Positions 22,875-33,122 of a stretch of DNA of 64,000 nucleotides are shown here, piece by piece. The first letter of the stretch is position 1. Every line of letters starts with the position of its first letter. The DNA is taken from contig CAWAUV010000007.1 of NCBI GenBank assembly GCA_963785305.1, positions 1,696,001 through 1,760,000 of the forward strand, written 5' to 3'. The notes below the pieces were generated by a model. That model had not been told where the DNA came from, made no database searches, and worked only from the letters and a program-made list of their open reading frames with translations. Position numbers and translations under genes: made by a program. This stretch comes from an uncultured Planctomycetaceae bacterium. GTDB taxonomy: Bacteria > Planctomycetota > Planctomycetia > Pirellulales > PALSA-1355.

Positions 22875-24079
22875 TGGTACTCTTTAGGCGTGGTTGGTTG
22901 AAAGATCGATGTTCCGATGCCAAGGAGGGCGCCATGGAAAAGTTTTATCGGGTGACGTTGACGGAGGATGAGCGGCGGGGATTGCGGAAGTTGGTTTCGA
23001 CGGGCAAGGGCGCCGCGCAAAAGTTGAATCGGGCTCGCATGTTGTTGCTGGCGGATCAATCGGATGGCGGACCTGCCAAATCCGATCCGGAGATTGTCGA
23101 GGCGTTGGGATGCGGGCGGGCCACCGTGGAGCGGCTGCGGAAACGGTTCGTCGAAGAGGGACTTGAAATCGCGGTCGATCCCCCGCCTCGAAAGCGAGTT
23201 TACCAGCCTCTGCTTGATGGCAAGGCGGAGGCGCATTTGGTGGCTTTGGCCTGCGGCGCTCCACCGCAAGGCCGAGCACGCTGGACGTTGCGGCTGTTGG
23301 CGGATCGCATGGTGACGCTGGATTACGTGGAGCACGTCTCTTACGAGACCGTGCGGCAAACGCTCAAAAAAACGAACTTAAGCCGTGGTTGAAGAAGGGC
23401 TGGTGCTTGCCCAGTGGGCCATCGGCTGAATTCGTGGCCGCGATGGAAGATGTGTTGGAAGTGTACCATCGCCCCCAGGATCCCAGCCGGCCAATGGTCT
23501 GCATGGATGAATGCAGCAAGCAGTTGGTGGCCGAAGTCCGCGATCCGCTGCCACCGCGTCCCGGAGACGTTGCCAAATTCGACAGTGAATACGAACGCCG
23601 TGGCACGGCGCACATCTTTATGGCCGTCGAACCGCTGGCGGGCCAACGCACGGTGCAAGTCACCGATCAACGGACGCGCACCGATTGGGCTCGATTCATT
23701 CGCTACTTGCTACTGACCGTGTATGCCAAGGCAACGGTGCTGGTGCTGGTCATGGACAATCTGAATACCCACGGCATCGCCAGCTTGTATGAAGCCTTTG
23801 ATCCGGAGACGGCCCGCGCCTTGGCCGCGCGGCTGGAGATTCACTACACTCCCAAGCACGGCAGTTGGCTCAACATGGCGGAGACCGAACTGAGCGAGCT
23901 TTCGCGACAATGCCTCGACCGCCGCATCGAAAGCAAATCGCTACTGAGCCGAGAAGTGGTGGCCTGGGAACAGCAACGCAACCAGAATTGCAGCAAAATC
24001 GATTGGCGATTCACCACCGCCGACGCCCGGGTACAACTTAAGCGACTCTATCCCTCATACCAGACCTGACAGAGCACTA
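22875..24079 (+). mobile_element. IS630-family insertion sequence
   Basis: Right end CCTGACAGAGCACTA; degenerate left end TGGTACTCTTTAGG; two ORFs joined at an A7 slippery site. Confidence 0.85.
22934..24069 (+). CDS. IS630 transposase (orfA HTH + orfB DDE, -1 frameshift at CTCAAAAAAAC near 23365)
   Basis: RARMLLLAD, GRARWTLRLLA, LKKT; VCMDE, LVMDNLNTH, HYTPKHGSWLNMAE. Confidence 0.93.
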
Positions 24080-24080
24080 G

Positions 24081-24154
24081 GACAAATCCCTATCGCTGCA
24101 AAATGGCCGGTTTTCAAATGCTCAGGAGTGGCCGGTTTTGAATGCTCGGTGACA
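24081..24154 (-). mobile_element. Orphan IS21-family terminal end
   Basis: Minus strand begins TGTCACCGAGCATTCAAAACCGGCCA; two tandem 19-20 bp sites (TGGCCGGTTTT..AATGCTC at 24104 and 24129); no istA/istB in the window. Confidence 0.7.
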
Positions 24155-24161
24155 CCTGGCA

Positions 24162-25516
24162 TCAGGGGATCTCCCTCGCTGGCGGGAGCGGATGATTCAA
24201 AGGGCCGGTTTGACGATGCGCATTCAGCCAGCCACCTGAAAACCCTGCCCGACGCAGCCCGCGAATCAGATACGGGCACTGCCGCATGAGGCGCCAGAGC
24301 AAGCCTGATCGGTAATTCTCAATCATCAGAACGACGGGCCCTGGTTGAGGCCCAAATGCCACGGCGACACCCAGCTCGTCGGCGCCTCCGCGGATTCCGT
24401 CTTGAAGGTGGGATTGAAGGTGGCCTTGTAGCCGTAAGTGTCGGACGTCCGGAGGCACAGGTCGTCAAAATACTTGAGGGCCGGCAGCACGATCTCGGGC
24501 GCAAAGGGAAGTGAGGCAACGACGGCCCAAGGCGCGATTGTGCCATCGTCGGGGCCGTCGGGCACGCCCCGCGCTAGGTAACCGAAGAAGCGCCGCTCTC
24601 CGCCGTTGATGCGCCGGGTTACAAAGCCAGGGCCTTCGCTGGCCGTTATTCCCCAACAGTTCTCGCCGTATGCCTCGAATTGCCCCGGATTGTGAATGCC
24701 GTATTGCTGCTGTACGTATGTCGCCCGGCGGCTGTTCTCAAAGTAATCGATGCCCTTGCTCCGCATGAAAGCGTCCTGAATCTCCCGAAAGTCAACCCAC
24801 AGATGAGAGACTTGGTGAGTAAAGAGCGGTCCGGAATGCAACAACTCGTGGCCGTAAACCTTCTTCCACTGGTAGGTGGAGGCCCAGGCGAGATAGCTTT
24901 CCTCGGCTAGCGGGTGCGTCGGCGAACCGAGGCCGAGCAAGTAGAGGAACAGCGCCTCGTCGTAACCTTGCCAGCGGTACGGCGGAAAGCCGCTCTCCGG
25001 CGTCCAACTGTGCGCGACCGTCGCCCCGCCGTTCCGGGCCCACTGCCAGTCGGCGCGCAGGTACAGTTCATCGGCCAGCGCACGGATCTCGCGCTCGTCG
25101 GCCGTTTCGTTGGTGAAATAGGCCGCCGCGGTCAGCATGCCCGCCAGCAGAAATGCGGTATCGACGGTCGACAACTCACAATTCCACACGCGCTTTCCGG
25201 TCCGCATGTCGAGAAAGTGATAATAGAATCCCTTGTACCCGGTCGCCTCCGCTCCCTTGCCTTGGGAACTGTCGCGAAAAAATCGCAAAGTTGCGAGCGT
25301 TCGTTCGATGGCCTTCGCGCGCGTGATGAAGCCGCGCTCCACGCCAACCGGGTAGGCCGACAATGCCAACCCCACGGCGGCGATACTGGCAGGCGAGCCC
25401 GCTTCGGTCTTGTCCAGAATCAATCCGTTGAGAGGATTGACCTCGTAGAGGAAATAGTCGAAGGTTTCACGCTGGAGAGCGTCGAGCGTGTCCGGAGGTA
25501 GCTGGGGCTGCTTCAT
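24162..25516 (-). CDS. Glycoamylase/DUF3131 (GH144-like) glycoside hydrolase; indel near 24340
   Basis: SIAAVGLALS, YKGFYYHFLD, ELSTVDTA, GYDEA, GPLFTHQ, WGITAS, DDGTIAP; C-terminus VVLMIENYRSGLLWRLM...AGFSGGWL is in another frame. Confidence 0.88.
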
Positions 25517-25845
25517 ATACGGGATCGAGTCCGTCAGGGCCGTATTGAGTCCCTCGCGCACTTCAGCTTAGCTGGAGAATTCTAACGGGCCAGGGGGAAT
25601 CGTTGAAACCCTGATGCATTGTCAACGCTTGAAATGACGGATTGGATTCGTTCCGTGGCCGCCTTCCAACAATATGGCCTATCAACCTCGCCAAGCGCCG
25701 AGCAAAGCTCGTCGCGGCTCGCAAAATAACGACCTATCGAAGAAAGGCACGGACTACAAATAAAGCTCGAAGCCCCCACCGAAATCCAACCGAAATCCCC
25801 GACTCCGCTCTTGAGCGGGCCGAGGTCCAATCATCGACTACCGAT

Positions 25846-26962
25846 CTACGCCGCTTTGCTTCGCAGCCTGGGGTCCAACGCGTCGCGTAGACGGTCGCCT
25901 AGGAAATTGAGGGCCAGCAGCGTCGTCGCCACCGCCAGGCTTGGGTACAGGATCAGCCACCAAAAAGTCCGCACCGGCGTGATCACGCGGAAGCCTTGGC
26001 TCGCCAGCACTCCCCACGAAACTTGCGGCGCCTGCACTCCCAGGCCGAGGAACGACAAGAACGCCTCGAAGAGCATCACTTGCGGGATCGTGAGCGTGAG
26101 ATACACGATCACCACATTCATCGTGTTCGGGACCAAATGCCGAAAGATGATGCGGCCCCGGGTGGCGCCGAGCGCCTGGGCCGCTTCGACAAACGCCTCG
26201 TGCTTGAGCGACAGTACTTGCCCGCGCACGACTCGGGCCATCGAAAGCCACTGCACCGCCCCGACCACGAGATAAAAGATCATCAGCCGATCGATCCCCA
26301 CGACCGCGAGGCTCTTTTCCACCTGGGGGTCGTTCAAGAACGTGATCAGAAAGATCACGATAAAGATCAAGGGCAGCGAATAGAGCATGTCGACGACGCG
26401 CATCATGAGATTGTCGATCCGCCCGCCCAAGTAACCGGCCGCGGCGCCATAGGCCACGCCGATCACAAGCGACACGCCCGTGGCCACCAGCGCCACGACG
26501 AGCGAGACCCGAGCGCCCCAAAACACGCGGGCGAGCACATCGCGGCCGAGTTCATCGGTTCCACACACACAGGCCAGCGAGCGGCTGCCCCAGATTTTCA
26601 GCCGCAGGGCCACCAGCGGATATTGCCAGCGAGCCAAGTCGCGAAAGTCGGCTTGCACCTTGGCGTCGTCGAGCCGGCCTTGGTCATCGACGAGATCGAG
26701 ATCGTGGTCGATCCAGCTCCAGGTCCGCGGCGCCTCGAGCGCCGAACAGTGCGCACTCGATAAGGCGACTGGAGCGGCCACAGCGGAGTGAGGGCCGCCG
26801 CGACGCCGAGCATCACGAGATAGGCGATCGCCACGAGCGCGAGCCGACTTTTCTTCAGCCGATCCCAAGCGGCCCGCCGCGGCGACTGGCCGATGGGCGC
26901 GGTCTCGGCGCGCCGGCCGGCGGCAAGGGCGGCGCTTCTTCAATGGGCGGACCTGTAGCCAC
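25846..26962 (-). CDS. oppC: Oligopeptide ABC transporter permease (OppC-like; N-terminus disrupted by indels)
   Basis: GTDELGRDV, GARVSL, EAAQALGA EAA loop, LRDALDPR. Confidence 0.9.
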
Positions 26963-26977
26963 TGTTGCGAGTTCTCC

Positions 26978-27895
26978 TTAATCGAGCGAAATTCGCGGGT
27001 CGAGAATCGCGTAGGCCGTGTCGACCAGGAGGTTCATCAGGCTCAAGAGGGCACAGTACAAGAGCACCACGCCCATGGCCAGTGTCAGGTCGCGCTGCGT
27101 GGCGGCTTGCACGAAATGCACGCCGAGGCCCGGGATGGCGAATACTTGTTCGACAATCAGGCTTCCGGTGCAAATGCCGGCCATGGCCGGGCCCAGAAAC
27201 GTGACCAACGGCGCGAGGCCGCCGCGAAGCGCGTGGCGGAAAATGACCACGCGCGGCGAAAGGCCCTTGGCCACGGCGGTGCGAATGTAGTCTTGCCCCA
27301 GGGTGTCGAGCATGCCGGTGCGCACCAGCCGGGCGATATACGCGGCATAGGGCGCGCCCAAGCAAAAGGCCGGTAGCACCAGTTGCCGCGCGGAGCCCCA
27401 GCCAGCCGCGGGAAAGATCGGCACGAGGAACACGAACAGCAGCAGCAGAATGCCGGCGATCACGAAGTTGGGCAGCGCGATGCCGATCGTGGCCCAGGCC
27501 ATCAGCACCGCGTCGAGCGCGCTGCCGCGGCGCGTGGCCGCCGCCACTCCGGCGCCGAGTCCGACCAAGATTGCTCCCGCGAGGGCAAGCACCCCCAAGC
27601 CCGCCGAGATCGGCAGACCCATGGCGATGATTTGATTCACGGTGTAATCGCGCTGTTTGAAACTATAGCCCAGGTCGCCGCGGAGCACATTGCCGAGCGA
27701 ACGGGAGTATTGCCGCCAAAGCGGTTCGTCGAGATGGAATTGTCGCTCCATGTGGGCGCGAATCTCGGGCTCGAGCTGCCGCTCGCTGTCGAACGGCCCG
27801 CCGGGCGCCACGCGCATCAAGAAAAACGCGAGCGTAAACACGATCCATAGCGTGAGCCCGATCCACGCCAGCCGTTTGACGATAAAGCGAAGCAT
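26978..27895 (-). CDS. oppB: Oligopeptide ABC transporter permease OppB
   Basis: PGGPFD, GDLGYS, DYIRTAVAKGL, EQVFAIPGLG, LDPRI. Confidence 0.95.
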   Translation of the reverse strand: MLRFIVKRLAWIGLTLWIVFTLAFFLMRVAPGGPFDSERQLEPEIRAHMERQFHLDEPLWRQYSRSLGNVLRGDLGYSFKQRDYTVNQIIAMGLPISAGLGVLALAGAILVGLGAGVAAATRRGSALDAVLMAWATIGIALPNFVIAGILLLLFVFLVPIFPAAGWGSARQLVLPAFCLGAPYAAYIARLVRTGMLDTLGQDYIRTAVAKGLSPRVVIFRHALRGGLAPLVTFLGPAMAGICTGSLIVEQVFAIPGLGVHFVQAATQRDLTLAMGVVLLYCALLSLMNLLVDTAYAILDPRISLD

Positions 27896-27927
27896 CGGGT
27901 CACCTGGGTTACGGGGGAAAGAGGTTT

Positions 27928-28153
27928 GCCACGGAAGGATTCAACGGGGGAAGGTTAGCCACGGAAGGACACGGAAAACACGGAAAATAACAGGGGGTTT
28001 GCGGGGATCGACTCGGCGTGGTTTCTGATTTATCAAGAGGCGGTTGAGAATCGACGCCATGATTCGGGCGATGCATGCATATGGAACTCCTCGTTGCGCT
28101 CTCTTTCCGTTTCCGTGTTTCTTCCGTGTTTCTTCCGTGTTGTTCCGTGGCTA
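27928..28153. repeat. Inverted-repeat element built of CACGGAA units (MITE/REP-like)
   Basis: Left arm TAGCCACGGAAGGACACGGAAAACACGGAAAA (27956-27987); right arm TTCCGTTTCCGTGTTTCTTCCGTGTTTCTTCCGTGTTGTTCCGTGGCTA (28105-28153). Confidence 0.85.
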
Positions 28154-28165
28154 GTCTTTTCCTCC

Positions 28166-30055
28166 TCATTGCTCCCTCGCGGGCCGCTTGATCGACAAGT
28201 CTTGCAGCGGATGCACATCCAGCAGGTTCGTGTGAAAGCCTTCGACGCGCGGGCTCACCATGTTGCGCGACACGCGGAAATACAGCGGCACAATCGGCAT
28301 TTCCTCGAGCAGCAGTCGCTCGGCGTCGTGCAAAATCTCGAACCGCCGGGCCGGGTCGGTTTCGTCGCCCGCCGCCGCGATCAGCCGATCGTATTCCGGC
28401 GAGGCAAAGCCGGTGGGGTTGTTGGCGCCGCCGGTCACGAACAGATCGAGAAACGTGTTCGGGTCCGGATAATCGCCCACCCAGCCGTAGCGGCAGGCTT
28501 GAAATTGCTTCATGTGAATGCTGCTCAGAAAGCTGCCCCACTCGAGGCTGCGCAAGCGGGCGTCGACGCCCAGATGGCGCTTCCATTGATCTTGAATGAG
28601 TTGGGCGACCGATTCATGCGTGTCGTCTTGATTGTAGAGAATCTTGATCTCCGGCAAGCCCACCCCGCCCGGATAGCCCGCCTCGGCCAAGAGCGCGCGG
28701 GCCTTGTCGAGATCGAGCCGCACTCCGCCCACGGGCTCATAGCCCACGATGCCTGGCGGCACGAGACTCTCGGCCGGGGTTTCGCCGCCGCGGGTGATGC
28801 GATCGACGATCTCGCGCCGATCGATCGCCATGCCGAGCGCCCTTCGCACAAGCCGATTGTCGAGCGGCGGCTCGGTGAGATTGAAGAGATAAAAGTTCAC
28901 GGTCAGTTCGGGCCCGGAAATGAAATCGCCGCGATTCCGGGCGCGAATGTCGGCCACCACGATCGGCGGCACGGTGGTGATCCAATCGGCGGCGCCGGTC
29001 AGATACATGTTGAGCGCCGTGGGGGGCGAGCTCACGGAGAGCGCGTCGATCGAGCGAATCGCAACATGGTCGCGGTTCCAATAGCGAGGGTTCTTCGTCA
29101 TCCGCAGCCGGTCGCGAAACCGTCGGCTTTCAAGATGGTAGGCGCCGTTGCTCACGATATGCTCGGGCTTGAGCCACTCCGGATAACCATAGCGCTCGAC
29201 ACAGTGCGACGGAGTGGGCGACAGCGAAAAATAGCCGGCCAGATCGAGAAAAAAAGGCGTCGGCCGCTCGAGCTTGATCTCGACCGTGAGGGCGTCGGGC
29301 GCCTTGAGCCCCACTTCCGCGAAGTCGAGCGTGAGCAGCCGGCAGGGTTCGATGTCGTCGCTCGCCGATTCGTCTTGCGCGGTCTCGGCGCTCATGCGAA
29401 ACCGGCGCCGGCGGCCCTCGATGTCGACGGTGTAAATCAGAGGAGTCTTAACATCACTCGCGGCGCTCGCGGTCGGGGCGCTCTGGGGGGCCGAGTTGGG
29501 CTCGGTGGCGATCAGCACGCCCCGAAGCACGACGCCTCGGGCAAACGGCAAGGCCCCGGCCGGTCGCTCAAGCAATTCCACTTCCACAGGGTCGCCCGGC
29601 GCAATCGCGCGCGTCGTGTAGCGCTTCGCGTTGCGGGCGTACCACAGTTGATAGGCATAGCGGGCGCCGGTGTTTGGATCGAGCAGCCGGCGAAACGACC
29701 AGATGAAATCCTCGGCCGTGACCGGCTTGCCATCGGACCAGCGGGCGGTGTCGCGAAGGTGAAATGTGTAGCGCAGCCCATCGGGCGATACTTCCCACTG
29801 CTGGGCCACGCCGGGCGTCGGGCGGAGCGTTTGCTGGTCGTAGTTCACCAGGCCCTCGAACATGGCGATGATCAGCCGATGTTCGGGCCGGCCCGTGGCT
29901 CGAGCCGGGTCGAGCGATTCGGGCTCGGTTTCGTTGATGAAGGTGAACTCCGCGGGCTCAAGCGTCGCCCGCGACACGACCCAGGCGATCGCGGCCACGA
30001 GCAATGCCAGGAGCAAACGGGGAAACCACTCTCGCACGATATTCAGCGCTCCCAA
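28166..30055 (-). CDS. oppA: Peptide ABC transporter substrate-binding protein (SBP family 5)
   Basis: EPESLDP, FEGLV, WSDGKPVTAEDF, NGAY, WVGDYPDP. Confidence 0.93.
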   Translation of the reverse strand: MGALNIVREWFPRLLLALLVAAIAWVVSRATLEPAEFTFINETEPESLDPARATGRPEHRLIIAMFEGLVNYDQQTLRPTPGVAQQWEVSPDGLRYTFHLRDTARWSDGKPVTAEDFIWSFRRLLDPNTGARYAYQLWYARNAKRYTTRAIAPGDPVEVELLERPAGALPFARGVVLRGVLIATEPNSAPQSAPTASAASDVKTPLIYTVDIEGRRRRFRMSAETAQDESASDDIEPCRLLTLDFAEVGLKAPDALTVEIKLERPTPFFLDLAGYFSLSPTPSHCVERYGYPEWLKPEHIVSNGAYHLESRRFRDRLRMTKNPRYWNRDHVAIRSIDALSVSSPPTALNMYLTGAADWITTVPPIVVADIRARNRGDFISGPELTVNFYLFNLTEPPLDNRLVRRALGMAIDRREIVDRITRGGETPAESLVPPGIVGYEPVGGVRLDLDKARALLAEAGYPGGVGLPEIKILYNQDDTHESVAQLIQDQWKRHLGVDARLRSLEWGSFLSSIHMKQFQACRYGWVGDYPDPNTFLDLFVTGGANNPTGFASPEYDRLIAAAGDETDPARRFEILHDAERLLLEEMPIVPLYFRVSRNMVSPRVEGFHTNLLDVHPLQDLSIKRPAREQ

Positions 30056-30237
30056 GCGGACGGAGGACGATGGCCACGATCAGCTCGAGCGCATTGGCGA
30101 TTCCGATGGCGACGCGGCGTTTTCATGGTAACGCGATAGCGGCTCCCGGGCCAGCGGATTTCGAGCTTGCAGCTTGCACGCTCGTGGCGGTACTATCCCC
30201 CGCCCCTCCACGCTGAAAACCGAAAACTGCTCTCCCC

Positions 30238-32103
30238 ATGCTTCAAACCATCGCCTCGATGACGACCCGCAAGCAGGCGCCGCTCCTTGGTCTCCTGCTT
30301 TTCGCCGCGGTGTTTCTTTTGCCCGACTGCATCGTAGGCTATGGCGGCGACGATCTTTTGAATGCCTGCACTCAAGGCCATGTGCGGATTCGCGGTGGCG
30401 GCTTTAGCGACTATTTGCACATGCGGCTTTCGGGCTGGATGTCGGCCGGCAGGCTGTTTCCGCTGGCGATCGTGCAAACCTATGGGTTGCATTATTGGCA
30501 TCCCTCGGCGGCGCTGTTTCATCGGCTGGTCTATGGTGTGCTGCTCGTCGATGTCGGGTTGTTTTATGGCCTGCTCCGCGCGTGGCGATTGGCGCCGGGC
30601 ATGGCGGCCTTGGGCGGCCTGTTGCTCACGCTGCTATTTCAAATGCGGTGGGCATTCGACCCGATTCTCCAGTTCGCGGGCCTGATGCCGGCGCTGGCGA
30701 CCGAGTTGCTGGCGGCCCTGTTGATGTTTGACTGCTATTTGCGCTGCCGGCGCGAGAGGTGGCGCGTGGCGAGCCTCGCGGCGTTTTGCTTGGCGCTGTT
30801 GACGTATGAGATCGCGTTCGTGGCGGGGCCGGTGTTTTGGTTCCTGGCCCGCGCGCATGACAACGACTGGCGGACGGCTTTCGGCGCGGCGCGGCCGCAT
30901 GGCACGCTGATGTTGCTACTCGTGGCGTTCGCGCTCGGACTGCGACATCAGGCGATTCCGGTCGAGGGGAGCGCGTATTCGCCGAATTTCGATCCGGCGG
31001 CGATCGCCGGCGCGACAATGCGAGAAGCGTCGGCGGCACTGCCGTTGAGCTACTGCCTGCTGAGCGAACATCGGAGCGAGATGTTTTCGGCGAGCCGGCT
31101 CGTGGGCGATTGGCGAAATTGGGCGATCGGGCTCTTGGCGGCGGGATTCGCATTCGCCTGGATGCGGAGCGAACCGTCTTCCGCGCCGCGTTGGAAATTG
31201 CTGGCGATCGCCGGCGGGGCTTTGTGGATTTTGCCCGGTGCGCTGCTGGCGCTCTCGCCCAAATATCAGCAATCGGTGCTGGTCGGCATTGGGTATCTGC
31301 CGGTGTATTTGCAGTATTTTGGGTTCGCGATGCTGACGATCGCCTCGCTCGTCGCCGCGAGAGAATCGTTGCCGAGAGCGTGGAAGTGGCTCGCGCCGCC
31401 GATCGCGCTGGCGAGCGCCCTGGTGGCGATGATGACTTACGATGGCAATCGCGCGGTCGCCGCGCGAATGAACGCCGACCCCACGCTCAAGGCGATGTCG
31501 CTTGTCGAATCGGCTTGCCGCGCGGGACTCTTCGATCCCGCGCCGGCCGGGGCCACGGTCGCTTCGCTCACCGGGCATCCTTGGCTGGCCGGCGGGCCGG
31601 AGAATGCCGGCGGACATTTTTCGACCGTGCTCGGCCGCGTGCTCTATGCCGTGACCGGATATCCGACGCCGGTCTGGTTCGACTACGCAAGGCGGATCGG
31701 CAATGTTCCGCCGCCCACGTTCGTCATGGCCGACTTGTGTCCCGACGCCGACTGGGGCTATGTGCTCCTGGGCGAAGTCGAGTCGACCGCGGGCGGCTGC
31801 CGCGAAGAAGATTATCGCGTGCGGCGATATCGGTTGTTCGCGCGGGGCAGTTACGCGGATCGCGCGATCGTGCCCGACGAGCTCGCGATCGCGATCTTGC
31901 AGCGCAACCGCGCGGGCGTGCTTACGCCGCGCTTGGCTCAGTGGACCGATCTCGCGCGGCTCGAGGTTGTCGAGCGCTCCTCCGAGGGAGTGGTGCTTGC
32001 CGGTGAATTTCCCCAGCCCATCGACCTGGGCACGGCGAGCGTGATCGAAGCCCGGGAGATTGCCACGCGAGCCGCCAGCGAGCCGGGGCTGACTTCGCGG
32101 TAG
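30238..32103 (+). CDS. Polytopic membrane protein, putative GT-C glycosyltransferase
   Basis: About 11-12 hydrophobic segments, N-terminal DD and GRLFPL, LALLTYE motif, soluble C-terminal domain. Confidence 0.65.
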   Translation: MLQTIASMTTRKQAPLLGLLLFAAVFLLPDCIVGYGGDDLLNACTQGHVRIRGGGFSDYLHMRLSGWMSAGRLFPLAIVQTYGLHYWHPSAALFHRLVYGVLLVDVGLFYGLLRAWRLAPGMAALGGLLLTLLFQMRWAFDPILQFAGLMPALATELLAALLMFDCYLRCRRERWRVASLAAFCLALLTYEIAFVAGPVFWFLARAHDNDWRTAFGAARPHGTLMLLLVAFALGLRHQAIPVEGSAYSPNFDPAAIAGATMREASAALPLSYCLLSEHRSEMFSASRLVGDWRNWAIGLLAAGFAFAWMRSEPSSAPRWKLLAIAGGALWILPGALLALSPKYQQSVLVGIGYLPVYLQYFGFAMLTIASLVAARESLPRAWKWLAPPIALASALVAMMTYDGNRAVAARMNADPTLKAMSLVESACRAGLFDPAPAGATVASLTGHPWLAGGPENAGGHFSTVLGRVLYAVTGYPTPVWFDYARRIGNVPPPTFVMADLCPDADWGYVLLGEVESTAGGCREEDYRVRRYRLFARGSYADRAIVPDELAIAILQRNRAGVLTPRLAQWTDLARLEVVERSSEGVVLAGEFPQPIDLGTASVIEAREIATRAASEPGLTSR

Positions 32104-32111
32104 CTGTGCCC

Positions 32112-32150
32112 GAGGCTTGAGGAGCGAGGTCCGAGGTTTGAGGCTTGAGG
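32112..32150 (+). repeat. Heptamer-periodic repeat (GAGGNNN) x5.5
   Basis: GAGGCTT GAGGAGC GAGGTCC GAGGTTT GAGGCTT GAGG between convergent stop codons. Confidence 0.8.
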
Positions 32151-32158
32151 GCGAACGG

Positions 32159-32572
32159 CTATTCGGGCAGGGGCTCGAACGAAGCGGCCACTTCGGGGGC
32201 CACGCGCTGAATCGCGCCCTTGGCAAAGTCGACGAATGCCCATTCGGTGGTGATCGAGGCGAGCAATAGATTGTCGGCCGGGCGCACGATGCGGTAGCGC
32301 CGTAGCGACGACACCTTGCGAAACTCGGCCACCCAAGTGCGCACCAGCAGCACATCGTTCAAAAAAGCCGGCGCCAGATACTTCACTTCATGCGATCGGG
32401 CCACCCAGCCGGCGCCGAGCGCGCGATAGCGTTCGAGCGGCCAGCCTTGGGCTTCGGAATGCGCGAGCGCGGCCGCTTGGGCTCAGGCGAGATAGGTGAC
32501 ATTGTTCGCGTGGCCGAGCATGTCGATATCGCTCGGGGCCACGACCACGCGATGCTCGAAGATGGCTGGCAC
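32159..32572 (-). CDS. Acyl-CoA thioesterase (4HBT/YbgC-like hotdog fold) with an in-frame TGA
   Basis: DIDMLGHANNVTYLA*AQAAALAH...WVARSHEVKYLAPAF; TGA at 32483-32485 is in frame. Confidence 0.85.
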
Positions 32573-33122
32573 GGGCGCGAATGTTCCTGGAGTGGACGCG
32601 AAAGTGTCGAACGCCGATCGTGTCGGGGAGGGGGACGCCTACGTGGCAATGCGCGGTGGGCGAAGATCGTGTGGACGCGGTTCGAGTCCGCCTCTTGAAA
32701 AAACCGCGACTCTTGCATTTTTCCCAGTCGTCTGGCGGAGGGAAAGGGCGGATTGGGGCGGCGAGCATTGTCGGGTTTTTTTAGTTGACTATTCCCTGGA
32801 GGGTTCCCCGGGTTTCCGGACGCGGCCCGGGCGACTTGCAGCGATTGTGCGGGAGGGGCTTGGCTTGCTCAAAGTGACGCGCGCACTAGAATTTCCACGG
32901 CAGCGCCGCCGAGTCGGCGATCGCCTCGCTTCGAGCGGGGTTTCGCGAGCGGTGCGCATGAGCATCACAAGTTCCCCCGGGGAAGTCCGATCCCATGACC
33001 AATGATGAGCGCGGTATCGCGGAATCGAAGTTTTCCGACTTCGGAAACGAAGGCGACAACGTTCGCGAAACCCATGATCGCGAAACGCATGGCGATCGCG
33101 CGCGGCCGCCAACCCCTATCGC

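Noticed and set aside
25561..25845. AT-richer intergenic stretch as a possible RNA gene or att site
   Set aside because: No tRNA cloverleaf, recognisable ncRNA or matching direct repeat was found
28094..30139. Long antisense ORFs (also 55332..57659, 58502..60424, 47105..48559, 37024..38430)
   Set aside because: These are shadow ORFs of real genes in high-GC DNA with no recognisable motifs
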